From the NCBI GenBank assembly GCA_963734025.1, contig CAVTFR010000012.1:1924-65923 (forward strand): a stretch of DNA of 64,000 bases, written 5' to 3'. The stretch is from an uncultured Thermoleophilaceae bacterium. Lineage in GTDB: Bacteria; Actinomycetota; Thermoleophilia; Solirubrobacterales; Thermoleophilaceae. Shown in pieces: positions 17,778 to 25,977 of the stretch; positions within the stretch are counted from its first letter, which is position 1; each line of letters starts with the position of its first letter. Position numbers and translations under genes: made by a program. Below the pieces are notes generated by a model. That model did no database searches and was not told the DNA's origin. It was given only the letters and a program-made list of their open reading frames with translations.

Positions 17778-18710
17778 ATGACACAGGTGAGCCAAGGCCG
17801 TGGTACGGGCGGCGCGGCGATCGGTCGCCGAAGCCGCATAGCTCTAGGTGCGCTCACCCTTGCTCTTGCCTTTGCGTTGCTGGCCCCGCCCGCATCTGCG
17901 CAGGTAAGCGGTGGCGGGACGGAACCAGGGGTTGCCTCGGCAACCCCCGTAGGGGCCTCAGCACCGGATACAAACCCGGAGCCGCCCGTTCTCGAGGTGC
18001 CCACCCTTACGCCTGAACCCTCCGCCACGCAGCCGGCGTCGGGTCCCGACACGCAGGCCCCGACACTCGAACCCACGCCTGTGCCGACCCAGGAGACAGC
18101 TCCCCAGCCGCCCGCCCCGTCACCTGAGACAACCGAGGTCGTCCAACCGCCGACCGAACCATCGGCCCCGTCCAGCGGCCCTCAGCTCCCCGCCGCGAGC
18201 GAGCCACCGCCCGTCGAGACCCGCGCGCCGCCGTCAGAGACCGCACCGGATTCGTCCGTGCTCGAGCTCCCTGGTCCGACCGCGGACGCGCCGGCCGAGG
18301 CGCTTCCCGAGCCGGTTGCCGGCTCCCCACTCCGGGCGGAGAGGGCAGCGGAGGCCATGCTCCCCGAGGCGCTCAAGCTGATGGGCGATCTTGCCGGGGT
18401 GAGAGGCGCGATGACCATGTTGGCGGCGGAGGATCAGGTCCCGGCTGCTGGCGTGTCGCCGTCGCGGCCGGATTCCGGCCCGGCCCCCGAAGATCCGTCA
18501 CCGGTGCCGTCTCCCGACCCACCTCCGCTGACCGCGGGTGCGGCGTCCGGAGCAGCGGGAGGCGTTTCCTCCGGTGGCGGATCCGCCGCCCTCTATGCGC
18601 TCCTGATGACCGTTGCCGCGTTCGCCCTCGGACTCTGGGGCCGGTTGCAATTGGTTCCCGTTCGCTGGCGTTCAGTGACAATCGTCGCTCTGAACGAACG
18701 GCCCGGCTAA
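17778..18710 (+). CDS. proline-rich secreted/anchored protein (low complexity)
   Basis: ORF 17778..18710. Signal peptide ALGALTLALAFALLAPPASAQ, a long P/E/T/A-rich region, and a C-terminal hydrophobic segment ALYALLMTVAAFALGLW. Confidence 0.5.
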   Translation: MTQVSQGRGTGGAAIGRRSRIALGALTLALAFALLAPPASAQVSGGGTEPGVASATPVGASAPDTNPEPPVLEVPTLTPEPSATQPASGPDTQAPTLEPTPVPTQETAPQPPAPSPETTEVVQPPTEPSAPSSGPQLPAASEPPPVETRAPPSETAPDSSVLELPGPTADAPAEALPEPVAGSPLRAERAAEAMLPEALKLMGDLAGVRGAMTMLAAEDQVPAAGVSPSRPDSGPAPEDPSPVPSPDPPPLTAGAASGAAGGVSSGGGSAALYALLMTVAAFALGLWGRLQLVPVRWRSVTIVALNERPG

Positions 18711-18916
18711 GGCCTCCAGGCCAGCCAGCCCGAGCCGGGTGCCGTAGGCGCCCGGTGCACCGTTCGATTCAGGAGTAGGACCGTGAAAGAGAGATACTGC
18801 GTGGGGGGCACCAAGTGGCGACCCTCCTGGGCTGCAGCCTACGACCGGCTACCGTCGGTCAGGCCTCCACGCATCCGAGCCGGGGAACCGGAACGGCGGC
18901 AATCCGGAGGTGCGGC

Positions 18917-19354
18917 GTGAAGCGGGAGAGATGGCTGCCGGCTAGGCCCGCCAGCGCCCAGGGCGCGCGTTCGATCGTGCGTGAGGCGGCCGCCGAGGCC
19001 GGTCTCGAGAGCGACTCCGCGTGGGATCTGATCGTCGCCTCGACCGAGGCGGTCACCAATGCCGTGCAGCACGGCAAGGCCTGGCCAAACGACTGCATCC
19101 TGTTCGCAACCGAGCCGTGCCCGCGTGGTCTGCGAGTGGAGGTCTGCGACCTCGGCAGGTTCGACAGCGCGCTCGAGCCCGCCCCGCTAGAGGCGACGTC
19201 TGGCCGCGGCATGCAGATCATCGCGGCGCTCGTCGACCGCCTCGAGGTGAGACACAGAGACGGGCGCACGCTCGTACGGTTCGAGAAGCACAGAGACCCG
19301 GCTCCCCGGCAGGCGACCGCAAGCGCGAGTAGGAGACGCGTGCGGGCAGCGTGA
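18917..19354 (+). CDS. RsbW/SpoIIAB-like anti-sigma factor serine kinase (HATPase_c_2-type ATP-binding protein)
   Basis: Inside ORF 18815..19354. The GTG at 18917 is preceded by GGAGG with a 6-nt spacer. N-box EAVTNAVQHG and G-box SGRGMQIIAALVD. Confidence 0.6.
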   Translation: MKRERWLPARPASAQGARSIVREAAAEAGLESDSAWDLIVASTEAVTNAVQHGKAWPNDCILFATEPCPRGLRVEVCDLGRFDSALEPAPLEATSGRGMQIIAALVDRLEVRHRDGRTLVRFEKHRDPAPRQATASASRRRVRAA

Positions 19355-19443
19355 ACGGGTGCCGCAGCTCACCCCGCGATCGACGAACACGCGGCCGGTC
19401 GGAGAGCGTCGAGCAGATTGAGCACTGGCGCTCATCCCCGGCC

Positions 19444-19662
19444 TTACACAGCCGCTACAAGCCGCCACACAGCCGGGCTAACGCGCGCACATCGAGGACC
19501 GAGCCAGGTTTCACCAGCTTGAGTCCCAACCTGCACATCCTCGAAGTCGTCCGCGTCGAGGAGCGCCTCGTGGAACTCCCGGCGCTGCCGGTCGTCCATC
19601 TCCGAGAGCGGCGGGTAGCCGACACCTTTCCCAACACGGCGGCTCAGCTCCGCGCTCGCCAT
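19444..19662 (-). CDS. small hypothetical protein (MASAELSRRVGKGVGYPPLSEM...EALLDADDFED)
   Basis: Inside ORF 19444..19782, with ATG at 19662. The N-terminal half resembles a small conserved actinobacterial protein, but the C-terminal third looks unrelated or degenerate. Its 5' end is repeated twice elsewhere in the window. Confidence 0.35.
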   Translation of the reverse strand: MASAELSRRVGKGVGYPPLSEMDDRQRREFHEALLDADDFEDVQVGTQAGETWLGPRCARVSPAVWRLVAAV

Positions 19663-19780
19663 TGGCAGAGCCTCGATCGAACGGGATACTGGGCGGGCGA
19701 GCCGGGTGCCGGCCGCTGTCGCGGAGTGCCGCATTCCGGATTGGGTCGGCTGATTATCCCCTGGCTCGAAGGAGGCCAGC

Positions 19781-20062
19781 ATGAGCGTCGTGGTTCGCTA
19801 CCACCCTGTGGCGTTGACCGCTGAGACGTACGACGCCACTACCAGCCGACTTGAGGAGGCCGGGGTCCAGTGGCCGCCGGACGGGCTCGACTATCACGTT
19901 TGCTTCGGCACGGATGGAAGCCTCAACGTCAGTGAGATTTGGGACTCGCGGGAGCAGTGGGAAGCTTTCGGCGAGCGCCTCATGCCGGTACTAAGCGATA
20001 CCGGCATCGAGTTCTCCAGCGAGCCTGAGGTGTTCGACATCCACAGCATTACCAGGCGCTAG
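19781..20062 (+). CDS. small alpha+beta (ABM/dimeric-barrel-like) protein
   Basis: ORF 19781..20062. GAAGGAGG lies upstream of the ATG. VSEIWDSREQWEAFGERLMPVL is typical of small monooxygenase-like barrels. Confidence 0.5.
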   Translation: MSVVVRYHPVALTAETYDATTSRLEEAGVQWPPDGLDYHVCFGTDGSLNVSEIWDSREQWEAFGERLMPVLSDTGIEFSSEPEVFDIHSITRR

Positions 20063-20397
20063 GAACTGGTCCCGTAACACCGAAATGAGGCTTAGGCTCT
20101 CGAAGCCGTGAGACCTGCGGGAGTAGGCGATGTCGCAGGAGAACGTAAGCGGCGGCTAGCTGACGACCTTCTCCACGCGGCGGCTCAGTTCCGCGCTCGC
20201 CGTTCGCGGAGCCTAACCCCCGGAGGGCGACCCACCCGGCGGTCTGGGCTGGGTGGCGCAGCTCACGGGCGACCGTCCCCCCCGGTGGATACAGGATCTA
20301 CTCTCTGGGAACGCTGCAAATTCCGTGAGGTCTCGGGCTCGAGCCGGGAATGCGCTTCCTCCGACTGGGAAACCGGTTCCTGAGAGGTGGCCTGCCC

Positions 20398-20703
20398 ATG
20401 CCAGCGATCGCACACATGATCTGTCACAGCTGCGGCGCTCACAGCGAGGGCTTGGCCTCCCGCACTGGATCTTCTGCAACTAGCTGTCCGTGCGGGGGTA
20501 GTCGCCAGGTCGTCCGGGTCGCTCGGCATCCGTGGGGCAGAGCCTCGGCGTCTCCGGAAGAACTCGAGCGCAGCTTCCAGGAGCGGGCAGACGATGAGAC
20601 GTTGACGCCGGCCCCCAAGGTTGCGCCACTTGCGCAAGGGGGTAGAGAAGCGGTGCGGCAGGAAGTCGACGCGGAGGAGGGACGGCGTGGCTGGATCGGA
20701 TGA
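20398..20703 (+). CDS. small hypothetical protein with CxxC...CPCG zinc-ribbon-like N-terminus
   Basis: Inside ORF 20350..20703. The ATG at 20398 is preceded by GAGAGGTGG (MPAIAHMICHSCGAHSEG...SCPCGG). It overlaps the next ORF by 17 nt. Confidence 0.35.
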   Translation: MPAIAHMICHSCGAHSEGLASRTGSSATSCPCGGSRQVVRVARHPWGRASASPEELERSFQERADDETLTPAPKVAPLAQGGREAVRQEVDAEEGRRGWIG

Positions 20704-20854
20704 TCGGCGTGGAATCGCAGGCATATCGCTCGGCGGCATCATCGTGATCGTCGGGATCGTCCTGATGTTCGTATGGAGCCTTTGGATCGGGCTGATCATC
20801 GTCTTGATCGGACTGATCGCCTTCGGCGGATTCGCACGCGGCAAGTGGTACTGA
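20687..20854 (+). CDS. small membrane protein (two TM segments)
   Basis: Inside ORF 20621..20854. The GTG at 20687 is preceded by GGAGGAGG with a 6-nt spacer (GISLGGIIVIVGIVLMFVWSLWIGLIIVLIGLIAFGGF). Confidence 0.45.
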   Translation: MAGSDDRRGIAGISLGGIIVIVGIVLMFVWSLWIGLIIVLIGLIAFGGFARGKWY

Positions 20855-20911
20855 GCGAAGCTCCCGTCGAGTAGCTCTGGGGATGCGAGGAGTAGGCGCC
20901 GCGGCAGTCCC

Positions 20912-21201
20912 TCAGCCCTCGATGCGAGCCAAATACCGATGCCTGCGGCACCACCGGGAGCAGTAGTTCTGGTCCGTCCGGACCTGCATGACGGCTGGCC
21001 GCATGTGCGGCACGTCCGTTCGGGAATGGGGTCGCGACGGCGGGCGGCGTTCAGGCGCTCGCGATGGCGTTGCCGGTACTCCCGGTTCGCCACTGCGTGA
21101 CAGGCGCGCCAGCCGCTCGGATCGTCCGTAGAGGCTCAGCTGACCGGAAACTCGTTGAGGGGCTTGACATCACCGCACTTCCCGCAGCGTTTGTGTGTCA
21201 T
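20912..21201 (-). pseudogene. Cys-rich zinc-ribbon protein (paralogue 3): in-frame stop plus frameshift
   Basis: MTHKRCGKCGDVKPLNEFPVS is followed by TGA. The sequence continues ASTDDPSGWRACHAVANREYRQRHRERLNAARRRDPIPERTCRTCGQP. A 1-nt shift is then needed to read VMQVRTDQNYCSRWCRRHRYLARIEG, ending at the stop at 20912-20914. Confidence 0.6.
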
Positions 21202-21315
21202 CCCGCCGACGACCCTTCTCGACGCGTCGGCATAGATCTGCGCTCGCCATTGGCAGAGCCTAGATCGAGCAGGTCCAGGGCTATCAAGAACAGAGCTGGT
21301 CGGACTGCTACTTCG

Positions 21316-21685
21316 CATGGAGGCTGTTGCACAAAGCCATCTCGGAAAAGGCGCTGCACGATCGCGGAAGTACACGCCAGGGCTGCCGTGCGCGTCGACG
21401 TGGCGACGGACGCTCTGCGTGCGACGGACGAAATGGCCGTTTTCAGAGCCCGCCCTTAGAAACGATCCAGCGAGCTCGCCGGGGGTTTGTGCGACAGCTC
21501 CATGGTGGCTGTTGCATAAAGCCGTCTCGGAAAAGCAGCTGCGCGATCGCGGAGATGGCCGCCAGAGCGGCTGGTTGTGACGACCTCGGGACGGACGCAC
21601 CTCGCATGCCTGATGCGATGGCCGATTCAGAACCCGGCCTTAGAGACGATCCAGCGGCCTCGCCGAAGGTTTGTGCAACAGCCAC
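21316..21685. repeat. two tandem 185-bp units, each with terminal inverted repeats (GGCTGTTGCAYAAAGCC ... GGTTTGTGCRACAGC)
   Basis: Unit 1 is 21316-21500 and unit 2 is 21501-21685. A third unit starts (CATGGA at 21686) but does not continue. The unit ends are well conserved and the centres are diverged. The inverted repeats are at 21322-21338/21484-21498 and 21507-21523/21668-21683. Confidence 0.8.
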
Positions 21686-21938
21686 CATGGAAAGCAGGAG
21701 TGCTGGTCGCTACCTGGCCTCGGAGCCGGTGCTGCTCGTCGTGCGTTGCGATTCGCGCTATTTGCGGTTTCTTCAGGAGGGCCGCCGACGGCCGCTTGCG
21801 TCTGGCTGGTTGTATTTGGGTGTCCGTTTTGCCTCAACCCTCGGCGAACGGGACTCTCCGGCTCCGACACTCGGTCGGTGTATGGGCGTAGCGACCTGAA
21901 ACGGGTCTGCGTCATGACGATCAACGTCAGGAGCCCTC

Positions 21939-23180
21939 ATGTCTGTCGTAGCCGAAAAGACAGCGGACGCCACAGCGATCCGTCCGTTCACGATCGAGTT
22001 CCCCGACGCGGACCTCGAGGACCTGCGCGCCCGCATCGCGGCCACGCGCTGGCCTGAGAAGGAGACCGTCGACGACGCGTCGCAGGGCGTGGAGCTGGCG
22101 ACGATGCAGGCGGTCGCGCGCTACTGGGAGACCGAGCACGACTGGCGCAAGTGCGAGGCCAAGCTCAACTCGGTGCCCAACTTCATCACCGAGATCGACG
22201 GGCTGGACATCCACTTCGTCCACGTTCGCTCCAAGCACGAGGACGCGCTGCCGCTCGTCGTCTGCCACGGATGGCCCGGCTCGGTGATCGAGCAGATGAA
22301 GATCGTCGACCTGCTCACGGACCCGACTGCCCATGGCGCGAGCGCCGCGGACGCCTTCGACCTCGTGATCCCCAACATGCCGGGCTACGGCTTCTCCGGC
22401 AAGCCGGCCGAGACCGGCTGGGACCCGATCCGCATGGGGCGCGCCTACGTCGAGCTGATGAAGCGCCTCGGCTACGAGCGGTTCGTGGCGGCAGGCGGCG
22501 ACTACGGCGCTCTCGTCGTCGACTACATGGCCGGCGGGCGCGACGCCCCCTCCGCCCCTGAGCCGGCGCCGCCGGAGCTGCTGGGGATCCACACCAACTT
22601 CCCCGGCGTTTTCCCGCTTGACGTCGACACGGCGATCAAGACCGGCGGCGAGCAGTCGCCCGATCTCTCAGCCGACGAGCGACGCGCGGCCGAGCACCTC
22701 GGGGCCGCGTACAAGCATGCGGCGTACGCCGTGATGATGGGGACGCGCCCGCAGACGATGTACGGGCTCAACGACTCCCCCGTCTTCCTGGCCGCCTACA
22801 TGATCGACCACGACTCGACGAGCTACGCGACACTGATCGCTCCCGCCTTCGTGGACGGGGACGAGCGCGGCCTGACCCGAGACGACATCCTCGACAACAT
22901 CACCATGTTCTGGCTGACCAACAGCGGGTTCTCTGCGGCGAAGTCGTACTGGGAGTACCTGGGGTACGGCAGCTTCGCCAACGTCCGCAACGTCACCATC
23001 CCGGTGGCCGTGAGCGTCTTCCCCGACGAGCTCTTCCGGGCCCCGCGGAGCTGGACGGAGAAGGCGTACCCGAACCTCGTGCACTACAACGAGGTCGACA
23101 AGGGCGGGCACTTCGCCGCCTGGGAGCAGCCGGAGCTGTACGCCGCCGAGCTGCGCACCGGATTCCGATCGCTTCGCTAG
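21939..23180 (+). CDS. epoxide hydrolase (microsomal/EHN-type alpha/beta hydrolase)
   Basis: ORF 21939..23180. IRPFTIEFPDADLEDLRARIAATRWP is an epoxide hydrolase N-terminal domain. HGWPGS and GGDYG (Asp nucleophile) are present, with a C-terminal GGHFAAWEQP. Confidence 0.85.
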   Translation: MSVVAEKTADATAIRPFTIEFPDADLEDLRARIAATRWPEKETVDDASQGVELATMQAVARYWETEHDWRKCEAKLNSVPNFITEIDGLDIHFVHVRSKHEDALPLVVCHGWPGSVIEQMKIVDLLTDPTAHGASAADAFDLVIPNMPGYGFSGKPAETGWDPIRMGRAYVELMKRLGYERFVAAGGDYGALVVDYMAGGRDAPSAPEPAPPELLGIHTNFPGVFPLDVDTAIKTGGEQSPDLSADERRAAEHLGAAYKHAAYAVMMGTRPQTMYGLNDSPVFLAAYMIDHDSTSYATLIAPAFVDGDERGLTRDDILDNITMFWLTNSGFSAAKSYWEYLGYGSFANVRNVTIPVAVSVFPDELFRAPRSWTEKAYPNLVHYNEVDKGGHFAAWEQPELYAAELRTGFRSLR

Positions 23181-23787
23181 GGATGACCGTGTTCGAACGG
23201 GTGCATATGCCCTCGTTCGCCGGCGCGACCGGGCGGCTCAGTTCCGAGCCGCTCGGCCCCGGCGGGCTGCGCGGCCGCGTCGTGCTCGTGACCTTCGCGT
23301 TCGCGTTCGGGTAGCCGAGGTGGACGACTGGGTCCCAGTCAAGGTCGCCGGTAGCTAGGCCGAGGCCCAGCTGCTCTGCTCGGTCTTGCGTGGCGCCGGC
23401 ATCGAGTGCCTGCCCCGGTTGACCAACAGCGGGGCCGGGGCTGGAGACGGGCTAGGCACCGTGGGGGCGCACGACATCATGGTCAGCCCGCAGGACGCGC
23501 AAGACGCACGCGAGCTCCTGCACGAACCCCGATGAGCCACAGGGAATGACAGCTCAACCGAACCAAGCGTCGGCCGTACACGCCTTAGCGCGATTGCTTT
23601 GGAGGAATTGCGGAAGCGCCACGTGAAGTGCGCACGGCTCTTGGCTTCGGCGAATAGCGCCAGGCCGGCGCGAATCAACCGTGTGCACCAGCAACGCCGA
23701 ACGGCAGGCTGACACCGGGGGAGTCGGGCGGAGCGCGGTGTGTTGATACCACCGGATCGGGGAAACGTCAGTAAGACCTTCGGGATC

Positions 23788-24393
23788 ATGAGTTCCCGCG
23801 AGACACAGCATCTGCGCGTGCTCATCGCCAACGAGAGGCGCGATCGACTCGCCCTCGTCGCCGCGATCGTGGCTGCCCTCGGACACGAGGTGATCGCGCG
23901 CGAGATCGACGTCGACGAGGTCGGGCCGGTCACCTCACGAGAGCGGCCGGACGTGGCGCTCGTGGGACTCGGCGAGAGCTCCCAGCATGCACTGCACCTG
24001 ATCGAGAGGATCGTCAGGCAGGCCTTCTGCCCGGTGATCCTGCTGATCCATGAGGCGAATCCCGGCTTCGTCCGCGAGGCGTCGCGGCGCGGCATCTTCG
24101 CCTACATCACCGATGGCGAGCACGAGCACGAAGCATCGGACTGGCAGAGCTCGATCGACATCGTGCTGCGCCGCTTCGCCGAGTACCACGAGCTGGAGGG
24201 AGCGTTCGGCCGGCGCGCGGTCACCGAGCGAGCCAAGGGAATTCTGATGGAGCGCCACGCCGTCGGCGACGACGCGGCCTTCGATCTGCTTCGGAGCCAC
24301 GCTCGAACAAGCAACCGGAAGCTCCTCGACGTCGCCACCGCGGTCGTCGACGGGCACGCGCTGCTGCCCAAGCAGGCCGCGCCGGCCGACTAG
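23788..24393 (+). CDS. ANTAR-domain RNA-binding antiterminator with AmiR-like pseudo-receiver
   Basis: Inside ORF 23740..24393, with ATG at 23788. The receiver-like fold lacks the acidic pocket (VLIANER in place of DD, VALVGL in place of the phospho-Asp). The C-terminal GRRAVTERAKGILMERHAVGDDAAFDLLRSHARTSNRKLLDVA is an ANTAR domain. Confidence 0.8.
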   Translation: MSSRETQHLRVLIANERRDRLALVAAIVAALGHEVIAREIDVDEVGPVTSRERPDVALVGLGESSQHALHLIERIVRQAFCPVILLIHEANPGFVREASRRGIFAYITDGEHEHEASDWQSSIDIVLRRFAEYHELEGAFGRRAVTERAKGILMERHAVGDDAAFDLLRSHARTSNRKLLDVATAVVDGHALLPKQAAPAD

Positions 24394-24659
24394 CACTGGC
24401 TGCCACGGGCGTGGGGCAATCGTGCACCGGATCGGCCTCGCCACCCTTGCGCTGCTCCCATCCCTGCAAAGGAGCCGTCTCGGCGCACCGGTGCGACCGT
24501 CCGCTCACTGTCGCAATGGACGAAAAGCGAGTGTCATCGGCGTCCGCGCCCGCGAGCTTCCGCTTTGCATGGGAAGCACAAGTGCGTCCTGTGGAGTTGC
24601 CCCGTTTTGGAGGACACTTGAGCGCTTCCGGTCGTAGGCCGGGGGAAGTGAGGTTTCAG

Positions 24660-24956
24660 GTGCCAAGGACGAGGCCGCCGTATCCGGAGGAGTTCCGTCG
24701 GGAGGCGGTCCGGCTTGCGTTGCTGGGCGACAAGCCGCAGCGCCAGCTGGCGAAGGACCTGGGGATCTCCGATGTCACCCTGCGGAACTGGATCAAGCTG
24801 GAGAAGGCCGAGCGGGGCGAGCGTCCTGGCGGCCTGAGCGGCGACGAGCGCGAGGAGCTGCAGCGGCTTCGTGACGAGAACGCGAAGCTGCGGATGGAGC
24901 GGGAGATCCTGGCAAAAGCAGCCGTCTTCTTCGCCAAGGAGAGCGACGGGCGGTAG
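24660..24956 (+). CDS. IS3-family transposase OrfA (HTH)
   Basis: Inside ORF 24411..24956, GTG at 24660. PYPEEFRREAVRLALLGDKPQRQLAKDLGISDVTLRNWIK is followed by a leucine-zipper-like ELQRLRDENAKLRMEREILAKAAVFFAKE. Confidence 0.85.
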   Translation: MPRTRPPYPEEFRREAVRLALLGDKPQRQLAKDLGISDVTLRNWIKLEKAERGERPGGLSGDEREELQRLRDENAKLRMEREILAKAAVFFAKESDGR

Positions 24957-25009
24957 GCGAGGCGTTCTCGTTCATCGCCGCGGAGAAGACCAACTATCCC
25001 GTCGCCGCG

Positions 25010-25855
25010 ATGTGTCGTGTGCTTGGCGTCAACCGCACCTCGTTCCACGATTGGGAGCGCCGGCCGCCGTCCGACCGGGCGCTGGCAGACGCCTGGCTGA
25101 GCGAGAAGATCAAGCAGATCCACCGCGACAGCCGGGGCGTGTACGGCGCGCCTCGGATCCACGCCGAGCTGCGGCTCGAGCACGGGATCCGTGTTGGTCG
25201 CAAGCGCGTCGCCCGGTTGATGAAAGCCGCCGGTATCTCAGGGATCAGGCCGCGCAAGCGGTGGCGGACCACGATCCGCGTGCCCGGCGTCGAGCCCGCG
25301 ACGGACCTCGTCGAGCGCGACTTCCGACGCGACGGGCCGAACGTGCTGTGGGTGGCGGACATCACCTACTTGCGGAGCGGGGAAGGGTGGCTCTACCTGG
25401 CCGCGGTGCAGGACACGTACTCGCGGGCGATCGTCGGCTGGTCGATGGCCACCCACATGCGCTCGGCGCTCGTCGTCGATGCGCTCCGGATGGCGCTCGC
25501 ACGCCGGCGCCCCGGGCCCGGGCTGACCCATCACTCCGATCAGGGCTCGCAGTACGTGAGCCTCGCCTTCGGCCGCGCCGCGCGCCAGGCCGGGATCGCG
25601 ATCTCGATGGGCTCCCGCGGCGACGCCTACGACAACGCGGTCGCCGAGACGTTCTTCGCCACGCTCAAGAAAGAGCTCGTCAACCGCCGCACGTGGCCAT
25701 CCCGACACGAGCTCCAGTCCGCGGTGTTCGAGTACATCGAGGCCTTCTACAACCGCCAGCGCCGCCACTCCACGCTCGGCATGGTCTCCCCGGCTGAGTA
25801 CGAGCAGACCCAGACAACCACGACATCAAGCAAAATCAAACAACCAACTACCTAA
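25010..25855 (+). CDS. IS3-family transposase OrfB (DDE integrase core)
   Basis: ORF 25010..25855, in the -1 frame relative to orfA. That frame is open upstream of 25010 (AFSFIAAEKTNYPVAAMCRVLG), consistent with OrfAB fusion by programmed frameshift. The only A-run candidate for slippage is at 24914-24917. Motifs are WVADITY, HSDQGSQY and YDNAVAETFF. Confidence 0.85.
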   Translation: MCRVLGVNRTSFHDWERRPPSDRALADAWLSEKIKQIHRDSRGVYGAPRIHAELRLEHGIRVGRKRVARLMKAAGISGIRPRKRWRTTIRVPGVEPATDLVERDFRRDGPNVLWVADITYLRSGEGWLYLAAVQDTYSRAIVGWSMATHMRSALVVDALRMALARRRPGPGLTHHSDQGSQYVSLAFGRAARQAGIAISMGSRGDAYDNAVAETFFATLKKELVNRRTWPSRHELQSAVFEYIEAFYNRQRRHSTLGMVSPAEYEQTQTTTTSSKIKQPTT

Positions 25856-25977
25856 CAACCCCGTGTCATCCGAACCGGGGCAGGTCCACCGGGTCAGATC
25901 GCGCTCGTGCTGTCAGGCGAAAGCGATAGTGAGCCGGGCTGGGTTTCGCGGAGACCGGATTGGTTGGGTCCCTCTGT

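Larger units (their letters stand above)
24592..25888 (+). mobile_element. IS3-family insertion sequence (copy 1)
   Basis: The terminal inverted repeats are TGGAGTTGCCCCGTTTTGGAGGACAC (left) and the reverse complement of the right end, TGGACCTGCCCCGGTTCGGATGACAC. orfA and orfB are in the 0/-1 arrangement. The ends may extend 2-4 nt further out. No clear target-site duplication was seen. Confidence 0.85.

Noticed and set aside
21317-21580. ORF 21317..21580 (87 aa), and the minus-strand ORFs 21443..21688 and 21136..21600, which cover the tandem 185-bp units.
   Set aside because: The reading frame is not preserved between the two repeat units: unit 2 has a stop where unit 1 is open. The translations have no motif, and the conservation pattern (ends conserved, centre free) fits non-coding elements.
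21316-21691. Possible CRISPR array.
   Set aside because: There are only two and a fraction units of 185 bp, with no short repeat/spacer alternation and no cas genes in the window.
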